The notes under the pieces: model-generated | What the model was told of the DNA's origin: nothing | What the model saw: the letters and a program-made list of their open reading frames with translations, nothing else | The model's database searches: none | Assembly: GCF_001194135.2 (NCBI RefSeq) | Contig: NC_068994.1 | Coordinates: 22,377,690-22,441,689, forward strand | Direction of reading: 5' to 3' | Source: Octopus bimaculoides | Lineage: Eukaryota | DNA: 64,000 nucleotides | In this document: piece after piece, positions 11,238-26,200 of the stretch | How positions within the stretch are numbered: position 1 is the stretch's first letter | How the letters are laid out: every line of letters begins with the position of its first letter | Position numbers and translations under genes: made by a program

Positions 11238-12785
11238 CTAAAAAAACAAAAAAATTTGAGAAATTTATTTTCTCTTTAAAAGACCATAAAAAAGAAGGAA
11301 TGACTAAATAAACATAATACTAGAAAATGAAGCCACAACTGTATTCCACAGTAGAACAAATGAGAAAGAGGTCATCATTCTATTAGTTTAATGTAATCTA
11401 TTTACATGCGTAAAGAATGAAAAATTCTAACCTGATGTTTACGAGAACTTTGATTCATCATCATACTTTCTATGGGAGAAAGTTCATCAAAACTCTTAGC
11501 ATTGTTCGATTTTGACCGTTTCTTTTTACCTCCAAAACCAAAACGTTCATTTTTGCTCTGACGTTTACTGTTTGGTCTAAAAAGTAATCAGAAAGTGTTT
11601 TTTTTAAAATCAATATCTTGCCAAAATAACAAAAATAGATGAGAAATGATTACCAGAGAAATTTGTTACTAGGAAATGGGAAGCAAGTGTCACTGTCATG
11701 TAGGCAATGTCTTTCATTCCCAATCAGGAAAACATGTCTAACCATGGGGGAATTTTATCTTACATGAAAACTGGTGACAGTTGGTAGGGGGAAGGGCATC
11801 CAGCCACAGAAAACGATAAGTTCTCTCTCATCCATGCAAGCATAACAAATTGGACATTAAAATGATGATGATGATGATGATGATATAGTGTTGCATAACT
11901 TGCTTGTAAAAAGCAGCTTCGTGCTTTAGAAGACCTGTCAAGCCAAGTGAGATGGTAGTTGTGGCCAATGCTGGTGTTGTTTAACTGGCACCCATGCTAG
12001 TGGCATGTAAAAAGCACCCACTGCACTCTTGAAGTGGTTGGTGTTAGGAAGGGCATCCAGCTGTAGAAACCATGACAAATCAGATTGGAACCTAGTGCAA
12101 CTTCCCAGCTTACTGGTTTTCAGTCAGACCATCTAACCCATGTGAGCATGGAAAGCGGGCATTAAATAATGATGATACACATATATACATACAGTTCTTG
12201 TTTTTCTTTTCTTTTTTTCTAAATGCTTCAAGCCTAATTGAGTTAATCTACTATGCCATAACAAGCTCAATAAGGATTGCTCATACAGCTAACTTTTCAT
12301 GCCAAGGCACCTGCCTGGGATGAAGTTAGAGTTTAAGTTCCCTTCGCTCTCTCTATAAATATATATANNNNNNNNNNNNNNNNNNNNNNNNNNNNNNNNN
12401 NNNNNNNNNNNNNNNNNNNNNNNNNNNNNNNNNNNNNNNNNNNNNNNNNNNNNNNNNNNNNNNNNNNNNNNNNNNNNNNNNNNNNNNNNNNNNNNNNNNN
12501 NNNNNNNNNNNNNNNNNNNNNNNNNNNNNNNNNNNNNNNNNNNNNNNNNNNNNNNNNNNNNNNNNNNNNNNNNNNNNNNNNNNNNNNNNNNNNNNNNNNN
12601 NNNNNNNNNNNNNNNNNNNNNNNNNNNNNNNNNNNNNNNNNNNNNNNNNNNNNNNNNNNNNNNNNNNNNNNNNNNNNNNNNNNNNNNNNNNNNNNNNNNN
12701 NNNNNNNNNNNNNNNNNNNNNNNNNNNNNNNNNNNNNNNNNNNNNNNNNNNNNNNNNNNNNNNNNNNNNNNNNNNNNNNNNNNNN

Positions 12786-12833
<48 letters not shown>

Positions 12834-15012
12834 GCTATTATCACCACCATTTAATGTTTGTTTTCTATGCTGGCATGGGTTGGATGGTTTGACAGGGGCC
12901 GACAAACCAAAAGACTGTGCTTACTGAACTGACTGTCCTGAAATCTTCCAAACCCAACCTGCACCAGAGTTAAAGTAAATTGTGTCTATCTCTACCCAAA
13001 TAAATGTTGGTAATAAGCAACATACATCACACCACTCTCTGCCAGTTCTACATCAACAATCTCGTGTCACAGGCATTCAGTGATGTAAAGATAGACAAAA
13101 TTTGCTTCACCTTTGACATTAATTTATTTTTTGAAAAACCCTAACTGGTTTAGTTGCAATTAGGTTACAGTTTATAACCCTAAGAATTCACATGCCATCT
13201 CCAACTGGAGATAAAGCCATCATACTTCTGCTTCAAAACTCACCTTTCCTCGTTGCTTATACAATCACCTACAATAAAACTCAAATCGTTCAAACTCAAT
13301 GACAGGAATAGTCCTGATGTTATCCTTCCTATTACCCTAAGTGTGTTTTAGAGCAAGCCCCCATTTTCACTAAACTTTTCAATAGTTCTTTCCTTAATAT
13401 ATATATCTATGGAAATACACTATCCAACAATGGTAAGCTCTCAGACTGCCAACTGCTAGCCTCACTCTCAATACCTCGAGATGATGGAAATAATCATAAA
13501 TAACTTCATCATCTTCAATATATCATGCTTCTCAGTAGCCACAACCAATGAAAGGCCATTTGCTTGGTTAGCAAAGATTTAATCACTAATATGCTACAAC
13601 CAATACTACTTCTCACTCTTTTCTATCACAAGTAAAATGATGGCTTCTACTCCAGTGAATATGCAAGCTACAGGTCATCTACATCCAGGTCCATACACTC
13701 ATTTTCTTTTTCTCATCATCACTACTGAGTCTCATTCTTCTCCAGAGTTATAATCCTCTAGAATTCCTTCTGGTCCATAATGTTTCTACAGAAGTTCACA
13801 CTAAAAATCAACTGCATTAATCTCACCACTCCACTGGAAGGACCTTCAAATGTCATACATTCAACAATCCTACACAGATTATATGAAAACCAAAACTATT
13901 AAAATTCAAAATGAAACAGCTGTATGCTTCATGGTATTATCTAATAATAGTGTGGCACTTTCTGAAATTTCAAAAACTGATTCATAATAGTCTAGTAAAA
14001 TAAATAAATACAACAATTAATAATAGAAGAAAAGCAAAAAATTACTGGTTTTGAGTTTCTTTTCTATTAGAGTTGTTTCGTCGTCTTGAGGTTTTGTTAG
14101 ATTTGTCTTCATCTTCTATTTTGATATCATCAAGGAAATCAAGTTTGTCCTTCTGACCTAAAATACACAAATTAAAAGACCAAGATAAAACTCAAATTAC
14201 TAATACACTAACAGTTGTTTTAGTATCAAAAGCTTTATCTGTGTTTTTGTCTTCTCAAACTTTGGATCTTGGTTGCAAAAGAGCAAAAACATCTTTCTCT
14301 TTAATGTCATCTATTTTGCTCATTGGAAACATTAGATTTTGAAATATTATTCTGAAAAATTATTACGGAACAAGGATTGTTGAAATATTTTACATATTAG
14401 AATGAGTGTACACAAAGATAAACAAAATAAAACAATTACATTACAGTTTTCTTGCCATTGATATTTGAGAATGAAGGTTAAATACCGCATTACTTCTATG
14501 TACAGTTTTCTCCCCAACCAAAACAAAATTTGAATACTTATTCTAATGGCTTGGAACAGTTGTAATTACATATCTTGCTTCTTTTTATGTGAATTTTGTT
14601 AAAAGTATTTTAATTTTCCAAACTCTTCTGCTTCTGTGTCTACCCATTGACAATATAGGCATTATTCCTGCATATGTATTCCTGAATGGCTCAGCGGTTA
14701 GAACGTCGCGCTCATGATTGTGAGGTTGTGAGTTCGAATCCCGGACCGGGCTGTGTGTTGTGTTCTTGAGCAAGACACTTTATTTCATGTTGCTCCAGTT
14801 CACTCAGCTGTAGAAATGAGTTGCAATGTCACAGGTGCCAAGCTGTATCGGCCTTTGCCTTACCCTTGGATAACACTGGTGGCATGGAGAGGGGAGGCTG
14901 GTATGCATGGGCGACTGCTGGTCTTCCATAAATAACCTTGCCTGGACTTGTGCCTGGGAGGGTAACTTTCTAGGTGCAATCCCATGGTCAGTCATGACTG
15001 AAGGGGGTCTCA

Positions 15013-15057
<45 letters not shown>

Positions 15058-18000
15058 GAGCATGAAATTAAATTTGAACTCAGACCCTTTCCTTATTATG
15101 CACAGAACAATTACTAAGTTCAGGAACGCAATTTTGAGATTACCTGGAAAGCTGGTCAGTGGATATCTAAAAAATGTAAGTTAGTCATATGTGTGATGTA
15201 AACACAATATTGATGAGATTCAATAGTAAATCAATGCAATATATGGAAAGAACAGATTAAGAAAATTAGATGCAGAAACATGAATGAATAATAAAAGCAC
15301 ACACAAAAAAAACCATTGTAAGTGTATTTAATATTAATAAATGAGTGACAAAAGAAACTTTTTACACCTACCTTTCCGATATTTCTTTACTTCTTCTAAC
15401 ATTTTCTTCTTTTCTTGTGCTCTTTTCTTGAGAATATCAATCTGGACCTTGAAAAGTTGTTTTCAAATAATTGGTTAGGAAGACTTGCAAATATATACAC
15501 ACATTAATATATGTTTACATAAACGCATATACAAACAAATCTACACTTTTTAAAGGGAGCAATGTAGGATGGTGAGATTGATGCAGTTGATATTCAGTAC
15601 GAGCCTCTGTAAATCAATGTCTGCAAGAAAAACATGGGAACTCACACACACAATATGCTCCCACACTGCTTCCATCTGCTTGACATAAAATGGACAGGAT
15701 AAGGCACCATATGAAACTATAACTGCATCAGTGGCAGTCTGCTGCCATTACATCACCTAACACTCCTCATCTCATTTGGCATGTTCTACAGTGATCAATC
15801 CTGAAACCAGTGTTTGGCTTGCTCCCTGGAAAGTTGAGATCCACTGTAAATAAACCCATACCATTTGCATTTCTTCCTGATATTTCTCCCAACTTTTTAT
15901 CAACTCTTGAAAATTTTTATATTTTGTATTAATTTTTTACTCTATTCCATTTTATCAGGAAAGCCCAACTGCAAGGGAATAAAGACAGTAGAAACAAGTT
16001 TATGTACATTAGCAGCAGGTATGTAATGGTCACTTCCTCAAGACCTACTGGCAACTTAAGAACTATCATGCCTTGTTTGTATTAACTAAAATTTACTCAT
16101 TAAAGAATAATCATTTTTGAAATCACTTTCAAATTTTTACAGTTTTCCTGAGTGGATGCTGCAGAGCTGCAGCAAATCAAATTCTACTTACCTGTTTACC
16201 AAATTTACGAGCAGCTCTTAATTTTTTAGCCTTTTCTGATTTTTCCATTCCAATTTCTTGGGCAATTAACTTCTCACGAATCTGCAAGAAAAAAACGATA
16301 AAAAATGTAAAGTTAATTTGAAATAATGTGAATGTTTCCACCAAAAGATGAAATGAGCCAATAAAAATACTTCTTTGCAGTCATTTAACTTGCTAGACTT
16401 AGTCATCAAATCTCACCTTAACATCTTGTGTAGACTGCATAATACAGTCCTTCTTATACTATGACTAGTAAAAGACAGTATGGTCTCAGCTGATTTGGAG
16501 GCTAAACAATGAAGGTAACTACAAAAAATATGAATGCCACCTGATTTACAATTTCATAGTTGATGCCACCTGCTTTGGTGTATTGCAGTTTGTTATAACT
16601 TATAATAATTTTCTAACTCAGTAACAACCCTAAGCCTGGTTTGAACATAAAAACTCTATATCGTAAACATGCTTTCAACTTCTTAATTACTGTACCTCTG
16701 TCGTGGGATAATTTTCTTTTTTGCCCAGTTATGGGCAAATTGTGGCTTGTTGGACATTCTGAATGGCACAGTAAATTATATGCAAAATACAACATTTATT
16801 GAAATTATCTTGAATTTTTTTTAGTAGTGCTGCCCACCTCATCTTAAGCCACTTCTCATGCAGCCCATTCTCAAAAAAAGCTCATCAGAGACTGAATTTA
16901 ACTTTTTTTGTCAAATGTAATGCTTATTTATTCACTTTGTTTTGAATTAATCATTCATTTTCTTGTAACTTAGAGATATTGATGATGTGATTAACAGAAA
17001 ATAACTGGGCCGGATATGACCATTTTAAATGCTAAAGGGTTAAAAAGCCATTCAGATGACTGGCAAAAATTCACTTACATGCTTAGGTGTGTGGCTTCTC
17101 TCTACTTTTTCTATATTGTTACTAAACTGACCTTTGCACTACATAACTAAATAGTCCCATATGCTCTCCTCCCTTACTGTGACTTAGTTCTTTGACTCTG
17201 CACTATACACTTTGCCTTATTCTATTTCTCCAGACAAGTTTCCCACAGAAGTTCTACCTACCTGTCCATTCTTCCTGGTGATGTTTATGCCCAGTATCAA
17301 CATATTTATCTTACAAATCAAGGTAGATTTGCAACAGTAATATGCACTGCCCTTCCTTTACTGATCACCAAATAAAAAACTGTTCTCACACTGACAAGCA
17401 ATTGCACACCTTTAGTATGCAAAGGACTAACCACAATAAGGATCAAGTTTGTAGGCAAAGCAAAGAAACTTGTTAGTTTACAATTCTTATGAGACAAGAT
17501 ATTTTGTGCCAGAGTATTACATAAATATTCCAAGAAGTAAGATCGGAAACCAGTCAGTGTTACTAGAAATAATACATCAACTCAATCAATTAATTAGGCA
17601 ACATTTACTTACTCTCTTCATATGTAAATCAGATTTAGCCATTTCTGCAAAATAGTCATCAGGTCTTTTGGTAGGAATTCCATCCATTTGAAGCTTTGGC
17701 ATCAAACTCAATACTGCTGATTGGGCTTGTTTGTAGCTAATTTTCAGAAATTAAAAGGAATACTGGCATGTTATTGTTTACATGGAATTGGAAAAGGCAA
17801 GAACTTACATTGTTCTGAAATAAAACAAGTAAACACTGGAAAGACAATATCTCTTTTAATGTTGACAGATTGACATGGTCCACACCACTCCATTATCTGG
17901 TGATAAGCATTTGACAGGGTGCCCTGTTCCCTTACCTAATGGTCAATGCGGAAGCTAGAGATTAGTGAGAGCTGTACAGGGATGTTGCAACTAAGGCAAA

Positions 18001-20174
18001 GGTTGGCAACATGTCTAACAATGAATTCAGTGTACAATTCACCAAAGATCAGTTCTTGGCTCACTCTTGTTTATTATAGACCTTCATGCTATAACAGAGG
18101 AATTCAAGAAGGCTGCCCCTGGGAGCTCTTCTATGCTGATGACCTTGTTCTTATAGCTGAATCACTAACTGATTTAGAGAAGAAATTCCAGGTGTGGAAG
18201 CAAGGCCTGGAATCTAAGGGCCTGTGAGTTAATTTAACAGAAACTGAAGTCCCAATAAGAAGGGAAATAGACAAATCACAAGTCTCTTCAGGGAGATGTC
18301 CCTGCTCAATATGTAAGAAGGGTGTTGGTAGGAACTCCATACATTGTATCCAGTGCAGGGTTTGGACACATGAGAAGTGTAACGGTATCACAGGAAGGTA
18401 AACAGAGAAAATAGTCTTTGTGTGTGGCGAATGTGCAGGTACAATAAGTGCTAAAAATGTGCAGAAAATAGACTTCTTTAAATGCTCAGGGGACCATTAC
18501 AAGTAGTAGGTAGCTTCTGTTATCTAGGCAACCAAGTTAGCAGTGGAGGAGGAAGCTCTGAAAGTGCTTCTCACTGAGAAAATGACAAGGGACCAAAAGG
18601 TGTGGTGATTTGTTATACTTGAGAAGACGTGTAGCTAAGTAAAATTGCAGTCATTCATCTATACAGGCTTGTCCTTTACAGGTGCCAGTGCCACATGAAA
18701 TGCACTGGTAACCAGTGCTGTGGAAACATACCTATGCCGGTGGCATGCAAAAAGCATCCAACACACTCTATAAATTGGTTGGCGTTAGAAAGGGCATCCA
18801 ACTTTAGAAACCATGCCACAATGGGCAATTGGAATTGGACAACTCCCTAGCTGTCTAGCTCCTGGCAGACCATCCAACCCATGCCAGCATGGAAAATGGA
18901 TGTTATATTATTATTATTAGGAAAGTATTGTAGTTTGCTTGAAGCAATGTGTATTGTTTGTAAAGAATAAAAAGTTTGGAATGGTACAACAATGCACTGT
19001 AATTTAGTTATCCATAGTCCGATATTTCAGAATAAAGCAGTGACCCCATCTAAGAATATCTAAAGAAGGAACTGTATTCAGAAATATCATCGGACTATGG
19101 ATTACAACAGGTATATAGTCCATTTTTTGTATTATAGTGCATTGTTGTAACATCATAAACAACACATAACAAAAATTACCAGCGTTCTTTCATATTGTGT
19201 GTCCAAGAGAATAGATGATGAGGCACTATGAGACCATCCAACTCAAGTCAAGATATGGAATGATGATGATAAAGAATCAGAAGCTCTTCTAAAATAAATT
19301 TTGTAGAGACAAAAAGACTTGTTTCATACTACAAGGATTTTTCATCATCCTGTGCAGATAATTTTATCTTTTAAACACTAAATATATCTATGAGAAAATA
19401 AAATATAACAGTTCCAGAGTGGTTGGTTGATTATGAAAGAAATTATTTCTTCTGCAGACATTAGTGTTTGATTTTGGTAATCATCCAATCCATATATAAG
19501 TAGTAGCATACTTGTTACAATCAATTTGGGAGAACATGTATGTACATGTGCAGATTTGTATATTTTTCTTCTCATGCATATACTTGCATATCTAGACATG
19601 CTCATATATATTTAAATGATAAACTTCTGGAAAGTTCTACAGATTTTTACAGTTTTAGTGATGACTTGGATCTGTAGTCTTTGAATCAGCCTTCTCCTTT
19701 CTGGTCATGAGAAACTTAATTTCTCAAGATTGGTGTTTAGGCAGTGTGTTACATAACCCAGTGTCCCAATAATTACAGGTATAAACCTGAACTTGTAATC
19801 TGGATAGAGTAACTGCAGATTTCTTGATAGTTCAGCATAGGTATTCTCTTTTTCACTGGTCTTCAGCTTTATGTTAACATCTGCTGGGCAGCTAATTTCC
19901 ACAATTGTATGTATACATGTGTGTGTCTGTATATTTCTTTATTCTTTTACTTGTTTTATTCATTTCACTGCAGCCATGCTGGAGCAGTGTTAAAGGGTTT
20001 TTCGTAGAAGAAATCAACTCCAGGACTAATTGTTTGTCAGCCTAGTACTTATTCTATCAGTCTCTTTTGCCAAACTGCTAAGTTACAGGATCGTAAACAC
20101 ACCAACATCAATTGTCGAATGATAGTTGGGGGACAAACACATATACAAAGGCACGATGATGATGATGATGATGA

Positions 20175-20219
<45 letters not shown>

Positions 20220-23200
20220 NNNNNNNNNNNNNNNNNNNNNNNNNNNNNNNNNNNNNNNNNNNNNNNNNNNNNNNNNNNNNNNNNNNNNNNNNNNTATATA
20301 TGATGGGCTTCTTTCAGTTTTATCTACCAAAGCCACTCACAAGGCATTGGTCAGCCCGAAATTATAGTAGAAGACACTTGCCCAAGGTGCTACTGCATGG
20401 CACCTAGGGCAAGTGTCTGAACCAGGGATCATGTGGTTGGGAAACAAGCTTCTTAACGCAGAGCCATGCTTGCACCTATATATATATATATATATCTATA
20501 TATTTCTTAAAAAATTTAACAAAAACACACACAGAAAATTCAAATTCCTCATCAGTCAACATTATAATTTTACTCCTTTAATGATATTGTTCACTTTTGG
20601 TGGCGCCAGTGGCAAACAGCCATTAGGAAAAGCTAACGAACATATAGGATGATGATGAAACAAACATGACAAAATAAAATATAGATATACAACACAAAAA
20701 GCTTTGCAGCCACAAATATTTACAAACACACACTGTAATTCTAGAATCTGTTTCATTGAGACAGGCAAGTCTTCTTGAGCACTTCATATCACCAATCATT
20801 CCAGTCTTTCACCCTCTCTGTGAACAGTGAAACTATTTATGAAATGTAAATTAAATCTAAAATCTTGTCAAAAAATATACCTTGTAATACTCACAAACAA
20901 AGTTCTCTCTGAAAGTCATTATTCACTGATGCATGTTCAGCGTCACCAATAACTTCTTCCAGTTGTTCTGCAGTTGTGGTCATGCTAGTGTAGTCAAGTC
21001 TTTCAACCCAGTTCAGGTTTAACCGGAAATTGTTTAGAATATTTTCCATATCATCCTATAATTAAAAAAAGCATAAACAGAACAGAGTTGTTTTACAGTT
21101 TGCAAAGTTCTTTTTAAACTTGAAAACGTATTTTTCAATTATTTTCAAAGCAAGAAGTGGGGAATTAATTTTATAGATTTTCAAAATAATTGATTATGAT
21201 TATGGCTAGATTACTGAGTAGTTAATATCCTCAGCAACACAAAACCTTTGTTTATGTTCTTAAGGCACACAGAGAAATGTCTTACAACCAGTATTCATTT
21301 CACTTTGGAAAGGCTTAAAATGGATTAAAATTTATTGCTCTCTCTCTGTAACTCAGACATTGCATTAGCTTTGGTAAATGCTGCTTTCTTTCCTTTTGCT
21401 TGTCAAATAACCTCTCTTTACCCATCTATGAATCATATGTGCACACACTGTGTGTGTATGTAAAATTGTCACAATCATCATCCATGTTGGATTAATTTGG
21501 ATGGTTCAACAGGGTCCAATGTGCTGCAGAACTGTATCAAGCTCTAATACCTGTTGGCATGATTTCTACAGCTGGATGCCCTTTGAGGTCTTTTCCATAG
21601 CAACAGCACTAAGAAGTCACTAAGTAACTTGCAAGACAAAGAAAAAGTTTGGGGTGTAGTAGAGAGGGTAGTGGCGTTAAGCCATTTTCCTCTTGGGAGT
21701 AGAGTTCTGTCTGTTTAACATGTATGTATGTATAGGGCAAAGAACCCCCTTCAGTCTTGAATGACCATGGGATTGCACCTAGAAAGTTACCCTCCAAGGC
21801 ACAAGTCCAGGCAAGGTTGTTTATGGAAGACCAGCAGTCGCCCATGCATACCAGCCTCTCCTCTCCATGCCACCAATGTTATCTAAGGGAAAGGCAAAGG
21901 CTGATACAGCTTGGCACAAGTGATGTCACAACTCATTTCTACAGCAGAGCGAACTGAAGCAATGTAAAATAAAGTGTCTTGCTCAAGAACACAACACACA
22001 GACCAGTCCAGGAATCAAACACACAACCTCGTGATTGTAAGCCTGATGCTCTAATCACTGAGCCATGTATCATAATCATCATTGCTTTAGTGCCCACATT
22101 TCCATGCCCACATGCACCAGACAAAAGTTATTGTGGTAGATTTTCTATGGTCACACACCCTTCTTGTCTCCAACTCTCACCTGCTTCGAAGTAAGCTACT
22201 ATTTCCTCAAGACCTGATATGTTTATAAGGAAGATTCACAATATCACATAATATCAAGCATGGAGACAGTAACACACACACATGCTTGTACATACATATG
22301 TGACAAGCTTCTTTCAGTTTCCAACAAAAAGCCACTCACAAAACTTTGGTTGGCTTTGGTATTTGTGCTTTAAAAAAAATTTGAAATCTACAGGGGGCGG
22401 TTTTTGTTGTCATTTCATCTGTAAATTAATCATCAGCTGGGTTTATGCCTTTGAAAATGAGCGAAGTCAAAGATCCTTTAAATGACAAACAGGTAAGGGC
22501 TGGTCACAGGAAAGGCATTCTAGAAGTAAAATAATGCCACAATAATGTATATGACCCTTGCTAACATGGAAAAAGGTTAAAAAAACAAGGCACAAATGAA
22601 CAAATCAAGTTCTCCTCATATATAAAATAAAAAGGAATGTTTGTGTGTGTCCATCTATAGCAAGAAAGGCTACAGCATCTATATAAAAACTAATTCTTGT
22701 GCAAAATTTTAGGCCGAAGACAATGGAAGTGGTACCGACTCTCTATGTGCCCCCTAATAGAGCTACCCACCATTTCCCAACGTCTTGAACACAAAGCAGC
22801 TCCAAAAGAAATCAACGATCTAAGGGGGATAATTAAATATGCATTATGATATTTCTTTCATTGGAGGCTCTCTTGAGGTTGTAGATGTTTCTGTTAACTA
22901 GGTGACTAAATTAGCAATGGTAGAGGATGCCCTAAAAGTATTGTTTCTAGAATAATAATTGGGTGGAGGAAGTTCAGAGAGCTATTATCTCTATTGGCAA
23001 CTAAAGGACTTTCTCTCAGAGTGAAAGGTAGACTTTATGATGCTTGTGTACGAATGGCTATACTCCATGATAGTGAGATATGGGCTCTGAATGCAGAACA
23101 TATGCGTAGACTGGAGAGAAACGAAGGTGGTATGCTCCGTTGGATGTGCAATATCAGTGCTCATGTATTGAGAGAAAAGTTGGACATAAGAGGAATCAAA

Positions 23201-26200
23201 TGTAGCATGCAAAAGAGAAGACTATGTTGGTTTGGACATGTGATGCGTATGAATGAGGACAGCTGCATAAACAAGTGCCGATCACTGAAATTGGATGGTA
23301 TCCATGGAAGAAAGAGACCCAGGAAGACATGGGATCAAGTGGTAAGGACAGATCTCAGGAAGTTGGGCCTCACGGAGGAAATGACAATAAACCAAGATGT
23401 CTGGCAATATGAAGTTCTTGAGAAAACCTGCCCACATCAGTGGAACTGAGTTCCAGAAGTGCTGTGTGTCCCACCTACACTTAACAAGAAAAGTTTTCAC
23501 ACACTCTACCACAACAAACCAAACTACGTCTCTACATCTCTTCTCTTCTTCATATTTCTGCTTCATGTACTCTGATTACCTCCCCCTCCCCAATCTTGTC
23601 CTCTTGGCACTGTGCTACTGTATCATTGCTTCCTGCTTTCCCTTGACCTGTGTGTTCTACCCACATTCCTTGTCTAACTCTATTATTGCCATTTGCTAGT
23701 CTCCAAACTGAGTGTTCCACCCATTTGTTACAAGAAAACTTTCCCCTCACCCTACCCCCAACAAACCAATCTACATCTCTTTCTCACATTTCCTCCTTCA
23801 TTCACTATGCCTAGCTCTCATTTCCCAATCCTGTCCTCACACCCCTGTTCCTCTGTATCACTGCTATCTGGTAGCCCTTCCAACTCTATATATACCTAAG
23901 TCTTTCACCGCTTACACTCTTTCACAATATCCCGTCACTTATATTATGGCATGTGAACCTCAAGGGTATGCCCTAGCACTTGCCACCATCTATATCTCTC
24001 TCTTCCTTTACTCAACCATCACATTCTAATCCTTGTTCCTTGTGAGTATGCCTGGCATTTTGCTACCATCTCTATCCTGCTGAACCCCACTCACTCTCCT
24101 TCTCCTGCATTTCCCTCAAGTTGGGTAACTGTGTATTTCCTTTGTGGTAACACACCTGTTTCTGTCTTCATTCCTGATATTTCTCTCTCTGGCCGGGTAA
24201 CTCTGTACTTCTACAGCAAGTCACCTGTATTTGTCTCACTATAACCATTTCATCATCCAGCACATGATCACCTCCTCCCTTCTTAAAAGCTTTTGTCTTG
24301 CAAGTACTTGGTGACTCTGTCAGTGCAGGTGCCACTTAAAAGCACCCAGTCCACACTGTAAAGTAGTTGGTGTTCGGAAGGGCGTCCAGCTGTAAAAACG
24401 TTGCCAAAACAGACCTTGCCTGTGCTTATGCCACGTAAAATGCACCAAGTCCACTCTGCTGAGTGGCTGATGTTAAGAAGGGCATTCAACTGTAAAAATC
24501 TGCCAAAACAGACACAGTAGCCTGGTGCAGACTTCTGCCTGGCCGGCTCTTGTGGTACCGCCCCACCAATGCTAGCATGGAAGACGGACTTTAAACGACG
24601 ATGATGATGTTTTTCTGAAATAAATGATTTATGGGAGATAATTAAATGTACATTATTATCTCCCTTCCATTCGTTTTATATTTATGAAATTGTAAAGTTA
24701 TATATGGATGAAATTGTAGTTATACTGTAGGTTCAAGTGGAACCTCGTTTGTGAAATGAAAAAGATTCATGAAAACAATTACACAAGAATGAAAGTAAAT
24801 TGTGAAGTTGCATGAGGATGAAATCGTAGTTATGATGTAGGTCTAAGTTAGCTAACTTTGGTGCCTATTTAGTCAAATGAAAAAGAAGCCCATGAAAACA
24901 ATTAGACAAGGATGAAAGTAAATTCGAAGGCAAAGTTTAAAATTCAGTAAGGAATGTCATTTCAATTAATTTGACCATTCCGCAGGTAACTGTGCATTTA
25001 TTTCCCGAAAATGGAACGAGGGTGGGTGAGTTGGTGGTGTGTTGGCTCCTATTTCTAGCACTTCACGTACTGTGTGTTTGACCATATGTTTTTTACAAAT
25101 ACAGTATATCAACACAAGAGTGCCCCTCCGAATTTGTTTCTTCATCACTTTAGGAACAATGAGATTTGTTCGGCTAAAGGCAGTGCTCCACCATGACCGC
25201 AGTCAAATGAGTGAAAAACAAGTAAAAGAATAAAAGAATATCCTTGTAATGGTGTTGGAATTTGCTGTGAAAACCATTTTTTCACTCTGATCAAAGCGGA
25301 ATCGTTTGAATTTTCTGAAACTGGTCTCTTGATTTGCAGAAAATGTTTATCCGATATAATTGGAATCTATCAACTTTTTTTTGTCCAGTAAAATAAAATA
25401 ATACAGCTTATTACAGTTATACACACATCTATGTCCTTATAAAGAGCAAAGTTTGTTTTCACACAACCCGACATTTATTTCTTGATGGTTCATTGTAAGA
25501 TGTCAACAACACATGGCATTTAGATTACCATATGCAGACATTCGTTGGGGTGAATCATTGAATCTTTTTTTCATATTCTTGCTCAATGATTGGTAACAAA
25601 GTGTTTCTGTCATGTCATTCATTGCACTTAAAAATCATCAACAGTCAGAGCCTTGTTTGAGATCAAAGACTCAAGGACCAGTAGTTGAGACCAGTCCGGA
25701 GCACATAGGTCAAAAGAGTGATAAAGATAAGAAATGGTAATAAATTCGTACCATGAAAGGTCACAAAACCAGCTGAGGTTTCGTTTCACAGAATAGACTA
25801 TGGATACTGTAGTCAACTGCATGATAAAATAGCATCAATCACTTGGCTTAGCTATTTTATGCTATATTTGCAAACCAAAACAACTAACACTCATAAAATA
25901 TTTTCTGACTGGTCAATAAGAAATTTCCAAGGTAACTAAAATAATAAAACATAGTTTTATAGGGAAGGATTAGGGAGTGAGCATTATATTTGTACATATA
26001 TCTTGTTATCAGGATGCAAAAATTGTTAAGTTGTTACAAGATATTTTGTGAACATGGTTTAAACATTTAGCATTTAAACTGGCCATATCTGATCCAAATA
26101 TCTACTTGTTTTATCTTCAAACTGGTCAGATATGGCCTCTCACACCTACCCTACAGTGTTCCTCTTTAAATGTCATTAGTTTTCTATTGATATCATTTCA

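Noticed and set aside
10420-12905. Long ORFs full of X (also 5267-5830, 20049-20407, 55403-55809)
   Set aside because: They are open only because they cross N gaps or (TA)n/(GAT)n microsatellites. Only the 5267-5830 frame has real content (ORF1 of the retroelement).
13441-13512. C/D-box snoRNA candidate in EBP2 intron 7 (ATGATGA...CTGA, ~70 nt, minus strand)
   Set aside because: No terminal stem, no rRNA-complementary guide that I recognise, and it lies within a LINE remnant. No convincing intronic snoRNA was found by eye; a snoscan or Infernal run would be decisive.
14684-14760. tRNA gene (A and B boxes present)
   Set aside because: Continues into a SINE body, has a diverged second copy, and lacks a proper acceptor stem and T-run terminator; it is a SINE head. 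The same applies to the other tRNA-like heads.
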